Shown: positions 1-11,694, counted from the whole stretch's first letter. The stretch is 63,673 bases of DNA, filler included, from Octopus bimaculoides (GCF_001194135.2; 7 parts of 7 records of this genome joined end to end with filler, not necessarily neighbours in it), one strand, 5' to 3'. Translations and numbers: made by a program. Notes: generated from the sequence alone by a model not told the origin.

Positions 1-32
1 AACATATGCACACACATGCATATATATATATA

Positions 33-145
33 CCAAATCCACACAAAAGTCTCTGATCGGCACGAGGCTATAGTAGAAGACACTTGCCCAAGGTGCCACG
101 CAGTGGGACTGAACCCAGAACCATGTGGTTGGTAAGCAAGCTACT
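33..145 (-). mobile_element. SINE family B (CORE-like, tRNA-derived) 5' fragment
   Basis: Reverse complement of the head GTAGCTTGCTTACCAACCACATGGTTC-GGGTTCAGTCCCACTGCGTGGCACCTTGGGCAAGTGTCTTCTACTATAGCCTC, as in the full copy at 55900-56297. Confidence 0.85.
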
Positions 146-1593
146 TTATTTCATTTCAATTTGCCATAAAGGCAGTACACAGAGAGTAGCTACGGGCTGG
201 ACAAAAACATTAAAGAGATGAAATGGATGATAAATATGATGGTATAATGAGAGAAGGCAAAAGCCACCCGCCGAACTTTGCTTTTCTATAACACTTTTCT
301 TTTTAAAATAAAATTTTCACATTGAGGCTATGAACCTCGTACATAAAAGTCATAAATTAAGGCATTTGCCTCTTACGATTTTTCATTGCACACTATGAAG
401 CACTCGTCCTCTTAGGTTTTTTCGCCCGATATAGCCTTCGCTTCTCTCAAGCAAAACGATGAGTCTGGGTCGGGCCATTTTTCAATACTGAATTCGTCGA
501 GGGGGAAGGAATTCACCACCGTACTTATGTGACTACCCGACACGACCTCCGCAGTCACCTGCGGAGGCCAGTCCGGATCCTTAGTACAGGTGAGGACTCC
601 CTCTCTCCGACGCTTCCTTTTATTCACAAATTTCTGCAGGACCGCTCCCTTTCGGAATAGGATTAGCCAATCCTTTTCCTCACAGAATATGAGGGGTACG
701 CTGAGTAAGTTCTATAGNNNNNNNNNNNNNNNNNNNNNNNNNNNNNNNNNNNNNNNNNNNNNNNNNNNNNNNNNNNNNNNNNNNNNNNNNNNNNNNNNNN
801 NNNNNNNNNNNNNNNNNNNNNNNNNNNNNNNNNNNNNNNNNNNNNNNNNNNNNNNNNNNNNNNNNNNNNNNNNNNNNNNNNNNNNNNNNNNNNNNNNNNN
901 NNNNNNNNNNNNNNNNNNNNNNNNNNNNNNNNNNNNNNNNNNNNNNNNNNNNNNNNNNNNNNNNNNNNNNNNNNNNNNNNNNNNNNNNNNNNNNNNNNNN
1001 NNNNNNNNNNNNNNNNNNNNNNNNNNNNNNNNNNNNNNNNNNNNNNNNNNNNNNNNNNNNNNNNNNNNNNNNNNNNNNNNNNNNNNNNNNNNNNNNNNNN
1101 NNNNNNNNNNNNNNNNNNNNNNNNNNNNNNNNNNNNNNNNNNNNNNNNNNNNNNNNNNNNNNNNNNNNNNNNNNNNNNNNNNNNNNNNNNNNNNNNNNNN
1201 NNNNNNNNNNNNNNNNNNNNNNNNNNNNNNNNNNNNNNNNNNNNNNNNNNNNNNNNNNNNNNNNNNNNNNNNNNNNNNNNNNNNNNNNNNNNNNNNNNNN
1301 NNNNNNNNNNNNNNNNNNNNNNNNNNNNNNNNNNNNNNNNNNNNNNNNNNNNNNNNNNNNNNNNNNNNNNNNNNNNNNNNNNNNNNNNNNNNNNNNNNNN
1401 NNNNNNNNNNNNNNNNNNNNNNNNNNNNNNNNNNNNNNNNNNNNNNNNNNNNNNNNNNNNNNNNNNNNNNNNNNNNNNNNNNNNNNNNNNNNNNNNNNNN
1501 NNNNNNNNNNNNNNNNNNNNNNNNNNNNNNNNNNNNNNNNNNNNNNNNNNNNNNNNNNNNNNNNNNNNNNNNNNNNNNNNNNNNNNNNNNNNN

Positions 1594-2285
1594 ATACTTA
1601 GCGGTATTTCGTCTGCTGTTACGTTCTGAGTTCAAATTGCGCCGAGGTCGACTTTGCCTTTTATCCTTTCGGGGTTCGATAAAATAAATACCAGTTACGC
1701 ACTGGGGCCGATGTAATCCACTTCATCCCTTTGTCTGTCCTTGTTTGTCCCCTCTATGTTTAGCTCCTTGTGGGCAATAAAGAAATAAGTAACGTTAGCA
1801 CGCTTAAAGGTATTTCGTCTGCCGTTACGTTCTGAGTTCAAATTCCGCCGAGGACGATTTTGCCCTTCATCCTTTCGGGGTCGATAAATTAGGTACCAGT
1901 TGCGTACTCGTGTCTATCTAATCGCCTGGCCCCCCTCCCCAAAAAATTTTCGGACTTTGTGCCATGAGTAGAAAAAATATCGTACCTACGTTCGAGTAGT
2001 ACGGTGTGCCTTCTGTGTGAATATAATAATTATGCGATAGACAATTTCAGATAACCACATCCAAATATTAATTTGGGTAATTGCACCTGACGTATACACA
2101 CACGTTGTAACAGTTCCAAAATCTAAAACCAATATTTTACCTTTATCAAATTCCGCCGAAGTCGACTTTGCCTTTCATCCTTTCGATATCGATAAATTAA
2201 GTACCAGTTGTGTACTGAGGTCGATCTAATCGACTGGCCCTCTCCACAAAAAATTTCGGGCCTTGTGCCTAGAGTAGAAAAGACT
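1594..2285 (+). mobile_element. Three SINE family A copies (about 1594-1789, 1791-1977, 2146-2285)
   Basis: Each has the B-box GAGTTCAAATTCC (or part of it) followed by GTCGACTTTGCCTTTCATCCTTTCGGGGTCGATAAATTAAGTACCAGTT; two different 3' tails. Confidence 0.85.
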
Positions 2286-2329
2286 ATTTTACCTTTACGT
2301 AATGTATATTTCATATTCTAATTTTTGAT

Positions 2330-2580
2330 AAATCCTTTTATCTTTTCCTTGATTTAGTCATTAGACTGCGGCCATGCTGGGGCACGGCCTTCAAGAATTT
2401 TTAGTTGAATGAATCAACCCCAGTACGTCTTATTTAAGCCGTGTAGTAATGCTATCGGTGTCTTTTGCCGAATGGTGGTTCAATCTCACTGCGCAGCACA
2501 TTAGGCAAGTGTTTCTACTATAGCCCCGGGCCGACCAAAGCTTTGAGTAGATTTGGTAGACGGAAACTGAAAGAAGCTCG

Positions 2581-2621
<41 letters not shown>

Positions 2622-2762
2622 CGAGAGAGAGAGAGAGAGAGCAAGAGTGTGTGTTTCTCTATCCGCCGCTTCACAACCGTTCTTGATTTATGTCAGCATA
2701 ACTTAGCAGTCTGGCTAGAGGACACTGATGGAATAAGTTTCAGGCTTAAATAAATAAGTACG
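2330..2762. mobile_element. SINE family B fragments: 3' part on - (about 2330-2465) abutting a + copy (about 2465-2762) that runs into a gap
   Basis: GACTGCGGCCATGCTGGGGCAC (tail, - strand); GCACATTAGGCAAGTGTTTCTACTATAGCCCCGGGCCGACCAAAGC followed by internal (TG)n(AG)n (+ strand). Confidence 0.75.
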
Positions 2763-3215
2763 NNNNNNNNNNNNNNNNNNNNNNNNNNNNNNNNNNNNNN
2801 NNNNNNNNNNNNNNNNNNNNNNNNNNNNNNNNNNNNNNNNNNNNNNNNNNNNNNNNNNNNNNNNNNNNNNNNNNNNNNNNNNNNNNNNNNNNNNNNNNNN
2901 NNNNNNNNNNNNNNNNNNNNNNNNNNNNNNNNNNNNNNNNNNNNNNNNNNNNNNNNNNNNNNNNNNNNNNNNNNNNNNNNNNNNNNNNNNNNNNNNNNNN
3001 NNNNNNNNNNNNNNNNNNNNNNNNNNNNNNNNNNNNNNNNNNNNNNNNNNNNNNNNNNNNNNNNNNNNNNNNNNNNNNNNNNNNNNNNNNNNNNNNNNNN
3101 NNNNNNNNNNNNNNNNNNNNNNNNNNNNNNNNNNNNNNNNNNNNNNNNNNNNNNNNNNNNNNNNNNNNNNNNNNNNNNNNNNNNNNNNNNNNNNNNNNNN
3201 NNNNNNNNNNNNNNN

Positions 3216-3252
<37 letters not shown>

Positions 3253-4171
3253 AAAGGATATGAATGTTTCTGCATTTTTTGTGCTTAAGCTTATAGTGTT
3301 ACGATGCAAATTATAGTTAGATATGTCAATATATATATATATACTTACACACACACATATATGCATATGTGCGTATGTATGTCTGTGTGCATGTATGTAT
3401 GCGTGTGGGTGTGTGTATTTGAATGTGTGTGCATGTCTGTCTGTCTGTCTGTCTGTCTGTGATATAAATATATGTGGCCTCTTAATGGACTCAATTAGAA
3501 ATTTACAGCTTTTTAATGCATTTTGCCTTCATTAATGTTTGGTGTATGTGGTTACCTTTCCTGTTGTTGCCGGAGTCACTGCCACTGCTTCCTCTGCTGC
3601 TGCTTCTGCTGCTGCTGCTGCTGCTGTTGATGATGATTATGGTGATGACTTTCATTGAAATATGGCGCTCATTGTTGTCGACTTAATTTTTTTTAAACCT
3701 ATGTTACATGTATGTGTATATTTTTACGTGTTTGTGTATATAGTTGTTCTTTATGTTTATTTCTGTTAGTTTAAATTCATAACGAAAACGGTGGGAGGTG
3801 AGACTTTTAGATGTAATAGCATATTGGTTTTATTTCTATTTTTATCTTTGTTCCATTTTTATTTTTTTCCCCTCTCATACTTCAGTACCAACACCGTTCC
3901 TAATGATTTCTCAATAACGGTGGGCTGGTACAGAGTTCGGGTGGGGGTGTATAGCATTCATAGCTGAATGTAGGAGTGTTAAGTAGGAAGAAGACAGGAA
4001 GGAGAGTCCCTGATACAGAGGCATATATTGTAGTAGGGGGTGGGGAGACGTTAGCAATGTTACTTTGATTTTAAATAATAATATATAAAACACACGAAAT
4101 ATAAACATTAAATAAAATAAAAACGAAACGTTGAAACGGAAAAGGAAGCAAAAATAAAATAAGTTAAAAAT

Positions 4172-4590
4172 CAAATAATAAGAACAGTGATTGTTTCGAA
4201 TCTTGACACAAGGCCAGCAATTTCAGGGAAGGTGTAAGTTGATTACATCGATCCTAGAGCTCAACTGGTATTTATTTGATTGGCCCTGGTAGGATGAAAG
4301 GTAAATGGGGGCCTCGGCGAAATTTGAACTTAGAACGTGAAATCGGTAGAGATGCTGCAAAACATTTTGTCTGGAATAGTAACGATTCTGCCAGTTCGTT
4401 GCCTTAAATACTCCTTTTTACTATAGGCACAAGGGTTGGAATTTTAGGGGAGGGGTCTAGTCGATTATATCGGCCCCAGTGCTTAGCTGATATTATTTTA
4501 TCGACCCCCTAAAGGATGAAAGGTAAAGTCAACCTCAGCGGGATTTTAACGCAGAACGCAAAGATGGACGAAATGCCGCTAAGCATTTTG
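4172..4590 (-). mobile_element. Two tandem degenerate SINE family A copies
   Basis: GGATGAAAGGTAAA..CCTCGGCG.AATTTGAACT motif twice (about 4295-4330 and 4514-4550). Confidence 0.75.
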
Positions 4591-5183
4591 CTCTGATACT
4601 TGTTGCCACTATTGAACAAATCTTTCTTCGATCTCCTTACATCGCTGGCCATAGCCAGGAGAAAGAGATCCTTCAGGTTCCTCGTCAATTGCTTGCGATA
4701 GCTCCTTCTGGGAAACGTTATTGTTATCTCTATGGTTACATTTTTCTCTCTGTTTTGTTGTCACATCGTACAGATTCCGGTATTTCATGTGGATTTTATC
4801 TACCACAGCGAAAGCGGGTGAAATCTTCTGTCCTCTATATCAGTCTTATCACCTTCTATACTTACTCATAAATGGGAATATTCCTGCAATGTTCTTTTCG
4901 TCTTCGTCTCTCAAATGATCTTCTATTTTTGGTGACACCATACCTGACCATATGCTATTGTTCATGATTTCAGCATATATAATTATGTGTATTTCTTCTA
5001 TCTTAATGAATAAAAATTCTTCTGATAGAATAAATGGGTTAATAGAAACCAATGTAGCAAAGAACACAAAATAACTAATAACTGTGGTTTAGTTCCTGTT
5101 TTTAAGGCAGGAACTCCTTGAAATTTTGGGTATTTGAGTATATTTTAGAATTTAAGGAATGGAGAAAACGCATGTTATAATTG

Positions 5184-5282
5184 CATACTTTATTCCTACA
5201 TATGTTTCAAAGGATTACAACCTGTGTGATCCATAGGGATCTTTGATATTAAAATTGTAACCTTCTCATCAGGGAAAGCATG
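5184..5282 (-). ncRNA. Type-I hammerhead ribozyme motif (mirror copy)
   Basis: Reverse complement of the 5360-5458 motif; core TCATCAG at 5266-5272 on the + strand. Confidence 0.85.
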
Positions 5283-5359
5283 GGAATCATCTTAAACGTA
5301 ACCTTATCCATCTATTGTTTTCATAATCGGTCATAATGTCTTACGTTTAAGATGATTCC

Positions 5360-5458
5360 CGTGCTTTCCCTGATGAGAAGGTTACAATTTTAATATCAAA
5401 GATCCCTATGGATCACACAGGTTGTAATCCTTTGAAACATATGTAGGAATAAAGTATG
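5360..5458 (+). ncRNA. Type-I hammerhead ribozyme motif (PLE-type, palindromic stem III)
   Basis: Stem I UUCC/GGAA (extendable past a UAA bulge by CGUGCU/AGUAUG); core CUGAUGA 5370-5376; stem II GAAGGUUACAA/UUGUAAUCCUUU; GAAA 5434-5437; stem III ACAU/AUGU; GUA cleavage triplet 5443-5445. Confidence 0.85.
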
Positions 5459-5493
5459 CAATTATAACATGCGTTTTCTCCATTCCTTAAATT

Positions 5494-5550
<57 letters not shown>

Positions 5551-6581
5551 GCATGTGTGTATTTATTTATATATATATATATGCATGTGTGTGTTTATCT
5601 GTGTGTTCGCATGTGTGGGAGTACATCTTTATGTTTACGTTAGTCTCTCACAGTTAGACAATCTGAACTGTTCTTTGCATTTTTTATGTAGCCATATCCT
5701 AGCGGTTCAGTGAGATGGGACCAATATGATAGATGCCAGACTACAGGGCTCGATTTTATTACGTATACACTTCGAAGCAGTACTACCTCTGTTTGGCGGC
5801 AATTCAATGAGTGCAGCCAGTAAAAAGGTAAACCATACATTCATATGTATGGGTGTTTGTGTGCATGTATGTCTTTGTGCGAATGTGTCTCCGTGCGTGT
5901 GCTTGTTCGTCTTTGTGCATGCGTTTCTGCTTGAGTGTGTATGTCCTTGTATGTCCCTGCATGTATACAAACACACACACAAATACACATATATGTATTT
6001 TGACATGCAATTCAAATCCTAAAAAGGAACTGATCTTATTTCTACTTGCCAACATGTGTTGAAATACTTTCTGGTGAATTGAACCTGCTGTAAACCTGAT
6101 CCTCCTATTTATGAACCATATAAAACATATATATTCCAGCGAGTGACGAGTTTAAAGAAAATATGTTTGGCCACCTAGAATGAGAACTCAAAAATAGACC
6201 TGAGAGTTTGTTTCGAAGAGACAGAATATACAAGTGAAGCAGAATATGTTATGTCGAACTAACGATTANNNNNNNNNNNNNNNNNNNNNNNNNNNNNNNN
6301 NNNNNNNNNNNNNNNNNNNNNNNNNNNNNNNNNNNNNNNNNNNNNNNNNNNNNNNNNNNNNNNNNNNNTTCTTCTTCTTCTTCTTCTTCTTCTTCTTCTC
6401 CCTTCCCTTCTTCTACTTCTTCATTCCATCTATTCATTCATCAATTATGATGTTGGGTGTCATATTTTAAATGACATCCAACATCTTAATTCTTTTATTT
6501 GTTTATTAATTTCCATAAAAGAAAGCATCATTAATATTTTCTGTACCTCTTCGAGCCGCTGCAACTAATAAAGAAATTATT

Positions 6582-6593
6582 ATTATTATTATT

Positions 6594-6691
<98 letters not shown>

Positions 6692-6825
6692 TGTAATTTG
6701 ATGGACTTTGCTCTCTTATGTATCATCTTCATCAGTATTTTACCATCATAATAATCATCATCATCATCATCATCATCTTCATCCCCACCACCATCATCAT
6801 CATTATCACCGTCGTCATCATAATT
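6582..6825. repeat. Compound trinucleotide microsatellite (TAT)(TAG)(CAG)(TAG)...(CAT)
   Basis: Direct reading. Confidence 0.9.
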
Positions 6826-6878
6826 TTGATTATCATCTGTGAAAACTCCTTAGCATTCTGTTGTTAATAGTTTTAAAG

Positions 6879-6909
<31 letters not shown>

Positions 6910-8677
6910 TGTATCTGCACGCACGCTGCATCAATATGGCTTCTGTATTTAAAACAAGAAAGAGCATCGTTCGTTCTTTCAGATTCTTCTTTGTTTTCTT
7001 TATTAGTTTTTTTTATTTTATTTTCAATTCTTATTCAAATTTTATTATATTTGTTTTATTTTGTTGTTTTATTATCTTATGAACCAAGGCATCAAAATCA
7101 TTTACTTTTTCATTAATCTATTGAAGCTATTTACTTTAATTTTATATTTATTATTATCTATTTTCTTGTTTTTTTTTGTTCACTTTTATTTAATCATTAT
7201 ATTTGTATTTTTGTTTTTGTTTTATTTTATTGTGGTATTTGCATTTTTCGTTGTAGAGGAAAATATTAACAGCAAATTTTAAGCAGCTTTAAAAGTTTTC
7301 TTGTTCTTACTTTTTTTTTACCTTCATAGCATATCGTCACTGCCAAAAGAAGTCTTCTTATAATTTATCTGCCATTTTCAAATTAGGATCTACGATTTTT
7401 CATCTTTCTCCGAATTTGGTAGAAAAAAATCAAAATCAAAATGGCGCCGAAAAAAAGAAAATGGCGGTGAAAAAACGAAACAAAACGGCACTGTTAAATT
7501 TTGTACAATAAAAATTGGACCGTAAAGACGAAAAAAGGTGGACATTTGATACCAAATGTTCCACGCTCATTCAAGGTACTTTCCGTTATTGTCGGTGTTC
7601 TTTTTTCTCTCGTCTCTGTTTCCTCCTTGATTCCGTTGTTATTATATTCTTTCTCCCTCTGCCTTTTTATATTCCGTCTATTATTTTGCCAATAAACAGA
7701 CACAATGGCAATGTAAACATGAGCACAAATAGGGGTCACAAAAAACGGCAACAAACTTAAACATCCATTGTTTTGTTGGCATACAATGGGATTGATGCAA
7801 TCAAATTTTCTTTGTGTATATGTGTGGGTGTGTGTGTGTGTGTAAAGGTAAGTTTGTTGTTGCTTTCGCTTATAATTCTTGGCGAATGTTTGGAAACGGG
7901 AAGAAATGAGACTAATGTTTTTAAAAAATACAAACAATAAATGGGGGCAATTTTGTTTCCCCTATACTCGCGTTGCACATAAAATTTGGCTTAGTTCAAT
8001 AGGATGATTCTCAGCAAAATTGTTAGAATTATATTATTGCTGTTATATAAGAGTTTGTATCTGCGTGTGCAGTACAGTATATACGAGTACATACGTGTGT
8101 GTGCATATACGTGTGTGTGCATATACGTGTGTGCGCATGCACGTGTGTCTGTACGCGTGTGTGTGTATGAGAGAGTTCGTCTTTATATACTTTTATTTAT
8201 ATGTATGCCTCTATTCTTACACTCTAACCCCACAGACATATATGTATATATGTGTGCATGTATATGGGTGCGTGTATGTGTGTGAGTATGAACGTGTATG
8301 TGTATGTAGACTACGTTTATGTTCCATATGTAACATATTGCAAATATGTGAACCTCAGTTTTGTTCCATCGGCCATCTGTATAGACCAGTACACTGGGAA
8401 TAAATAATACGAATTGCTTAAATATATTCACTGTTCAATCAGTTACTTATGAGTCTTTCAAGTCAATTGCTGATCATTATGCATCGAAAGGGTCTGTGCT
8501 GAAATTCATGTGCCCCTATTTGCAGGTCAGAATAAGTTCATTGCTTCTTTTATATTTTACTACTGTGGCGGAAAATATGAAGTTTCTCTGTAAGTCGTAT
8601 ATATTTGTAAATATTTTGTTTGCTGATTTCTATATGGGCATAAGTATTTCAAGTTACATCAGAACGTCCGATGTATT

Positions 8678-8721
8678 TGTCACCGAGGAGAACAATTTAG
8701 GTCGAAATACCGTGTCTGGCG
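8678..8721 (+). ncRNA. Degenerate hammerhead-like motif (U4C core variant)
   Basis: UGUCA-CCGAGGA-GAAC(AAUUUA)GGUC-GAAA-UACCGUG-UC-UGGCG; all three stems form, with mismatches or wobbles. Confidence 0.35.
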
Positions 8722-8999
8722 ATCCACGGCGTTCTGAGCGAAGCCCTGAATTTTTAACGCACAAGCTTCGTTGAAAAGCTTCGCTGAGAAAAATATTACT
8801 GCTAATACCGTTCTACATTTGTAAACACATTATAGATATTATACACACCGATATTTTAATTTGAGTCTATTTCCAGTGAGTATTTTAATTTAGTTGTTAC
8901 ATTACTTCTTTTAATGACGCTATCCGATTTATAACGTATATTATTTTATAAGTTCTGCTGCTTTACTAATCTTGCTCATGCAGGAACCAAATATTTACT

Positions 9000-9330
9000 T
9001 GCTTATTTAATTACTTAGTTACTTACATACTTACTTACTTATATACTTACGGTGACATTCACCGGGATGTGTTGAACCGGCTCTGACCACCGAGTTCACA
9101 TTGTCCCTCACGAACGCTAACAACATACGACGGTCGGTCTACCAAATGCTAATTCTTTGAGTACTCAAACGCATGAGTTATTCGTCTGATTTCCAAATCA
9201 AACGTAAAATGTCTAAATTCAGCCAGTAGCTCGGTCCGGAGTCGGAAGGCCTCTGATGGCACCTTCCGAAAAAAAAGATCTCACATATCACTTGAATTTT
9301 TACAACCTCCCCTTCGCGTTCCTAGTAACG
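9000..9330 (-). mobile_element. RTE-clade LINE 3' end with (GTAA)n tail
   Basis: - strand reads, across frameshifts, like an RTE ORF2 C-terminus (LKELAFGRPT, FVRDNVNSVVRAGSTHPG), followed by GTAA repeats (TTAC on +, about 9000-9048). Confidence 0.6.
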
Positions 9331-9416
9331 CATTGGCAAATTTCTTTTGGATGCAAACCATAAATAGAAATAGAAAACTGCTGAAAATTTAATATGGCGT
9401 TAATATTTTCAGCTCG

Positions 9417-9855
9417 AAGGCGGCGAGCTGGAAGAATTGTTAGCACGCCGGGAGAAATGCTTAATGGTATTTCGTTTGTCTTTATGTTCTGAGTTCAAAT
9501 TCCACCGACGTCGACTTTGCCTTTCATCCTTTCGGGGTCGATAAATTAAGGACCAGTTGCGTACTGGAGTCGATTTAATCGACTGGCTCCCTCCAAAAAA
9601 AAATTTCGGGCTTTGTGTCTTGAGCAGAAACGAATATTTTCAGCTCAAATAAGGTAGTGATCTGGCATCATTGTTAACGTGACGAGCAAAATGTTTAACG
9701 GCATTTCGTCCATCTTCAGGTTCTGAATTCAAATACCGACTATTTTCATCGTTTCGGGGTCCATGAAATAAGTACCACTTGAACATTGAGGTCGATGTAA
9801 TCAACTTATCTCTCCCTCGAAATTGCTGGTCTCATGTCAAAATTTTAAACCAATA
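9417..9855 (+). mobile_element. Two tandem SINE family A copies (about 9417-9633 and 9650-9855)
   Basis: Full head AAGGCGGCGAGCTGG.AGAAT.GTTAGCACGCCGGG, B-box and central domain. Confidence 0.85.
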
Positions 9856-10047
9856 TTTTAAGCTCAAATCACTCCAAAATCAATTTTGTCTTTTATTCAT
9901 CCAGAGGCAATATAATACGGTAGCAGACAAGAACTAATGCAGATTTCATGGGCTGTGCCCTTGATAGAAGACGGTTAAGGCTTCTATCAATATTGGCAAT
10001 ATTTGGGACGGTTACTATTTGAATAGAGATAGTATGGTAATGAGTAA

Positions 10048-10101
10048 ATGTGTGTGTGTGTGTGGTGTGGTGTGGTGTGTGAGTGAGTGTGTGTGTGTGT
10101 A

Positions 10102-10186
<85 letters not shown>
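10048..10186. repeat. (TG)n microsatellite
   Basis: Direct reading. Confidence 0.95.
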
Positions 10187-10189
<3 letters not shown>

Positions 10190-10326
10190 GGTACCAACAG
10201 CAATGGTGGTAACGATGATGGTGGAGATTGTACAACAGCACCAACACCGTCACCATCATTTTCATCGTAATGTGAAAGATGATGATAATGCTGATGCTAA
10301 TGACGGATGGTGGTGATGATGTTCAC

Positions 10327-10371
<45 letters not shown>

Positions 10372-10446
10372 AACAATAATGATGATGACTGTCATCAAAA
10401 ACAACAGCATTCTAATGACACTACTGTTGTTTTTGTTGCTGTTATT

Positions 10447-10484
<38 letters not shown>

Positions 10485-10530
10485 TCTTCTTCTTCTTCTT
10501 CTTCTTCTTCTTCTTCTTCTTCTTCTTCTT

Positions 10531-10582
<52 letters not shown>
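10327..10582. repeat. Compound microsatellite (GAT)n...(ATC)n(CTT)n(ATT)n
   Basis: Direct reading. Confidence 0.95.
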
Positions 10583-10584
<2 letters not shown>

Positions 10585-11659
10585 TCTTTCTTTGTTTTAG
10601 TTTCAGCAAAGGCGACAGCCATGACACATGCAGTAGTGACACTCTACTTTGAACAGCAGGGAATGTGAGAGCTGACACAAACCCGAACACACAGGCGAGC
10701 ACGCCGTGCACATAAGCACAAACACACATACTGAGAAAAACACACAAACGCACACGCACGCACACACATGCGCGCGCGCGCATTACAGCAGATACCCAAA
10801 CAAGTACGCATACTCCATTAAGCATTATGTATGTGTGTGTATGTGTATATTATGTGTATATATATATATATGCATACATATATATATATATATACACACA
10901 CGTACACACACATATATGCATATATATAAACACGCACACACATGCATATATACATATATATATATATACATATATATANNNNNNNNNNNNNNNNNNNNNN
11001 NNNNNNNNNNNNNNNNNNNNNNNNNNNNNNNNNNNNNNNNNNNNNNNNNNNNNNNNNNNNNNNNNNNNNNNNNNNNNNNNNNNNNNNNNNNNNNNNNNNN
11101 NNNNNNNNNNNNNNNNNNNNNNNNNNNNNNNNNNNNNNNNNNNNNNNNNNNNNNNNNNNNNNNNNNNNNNNNNNNNNNNNNNNNNNNNNNNNNNNNNNNN
11201 NNNNNNNNNNNNNNNNNNNNNNNNNNNNNNNNNNNNNNNNNNNNNNNNNNNNNNNNNNNNNNNNNNNNNNNNNNNNNNNNNNNNNNNNNNNNNNNNNNNN
11301 NNNNNNNNNNNNNNNNNNNNNNNNAAAGGCCCAATGAATTTTGAAATATGAAACTTATTAACGATCAAGCTATTGCATAAAACTTTTGTCGGGGTCATGA
11401 ATATTAAACTTTAAATATTGGATATATTTTTTTGTTATATTTTGAGATGGTCATTTCTTTGTCTTGCTAAATAAACACATGCACTAAAAAGAAGAAAATG
11501 ACCATCCCGAAATATAACAGTATATAAGAGAGTATTGTAGTTCGCTTGAAACATTGTGTATTGTTTGTAAAGAATAAAAAGTCTTGAATGGTACAACAAT
11601 GCACTATAATAGAAAAAATGGACTATATACTTGTTGTAAATTAGTTATATCAATAGTCC

Positions 11660-11694
11660 GATGATATTTCGGAATTCAATTCCTTCATCAGATC
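11660..11694 (-). ncRNA. Minimal hammerhead-like motif (PLE type)
   Basis: - strand GAU-CUGAUGA-A-GGAAU(UGA)AUUCC-GAAA-UAU-C-AUC: 3-bp stem I, 5-bp stem II, palindromic AUAU stem III (possibly CpG-decayed ACGU). Confidence 0.55.

Larger units (their letters stand above)
5147..5495. repeat. Fold-back inverted repeat: 155-bp arms (5147-5301 and 5341-5495), 39-bp spacer; probably inverted PLE pLTR sequence
   Basis: The arms are reverse complements by direct reading, with one difference (T5281 opposite G5361); each arm carries a hammerhead motif. Confidence 0.95.

Noticed and set aside
416-589. 174-nt + strand exon (TAG|...CAG|GTGAGG)
   Set aside because: Stop codons in all three frames
3545-3660. 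- strand exon with (CAG)n ending AAG|GTAACC, and + strand acceptor at about 3885
   Set aside because: Low-complexity sequence, no paired splice site and no protein similarity
4595-5067. - strand ORFs 4609-4806 and 4849-5067 as the RT of the PLE owning the 5.1-kb palindrome
   Set aside because: Only vague resemblance to a LINE pre-RT region (VSQKELSQAI..SPG); no diagnostic motif; left unassigned
7441-7470. MAPKKRK NLS-like gene start
   Set aside because: Stop after 9 codons
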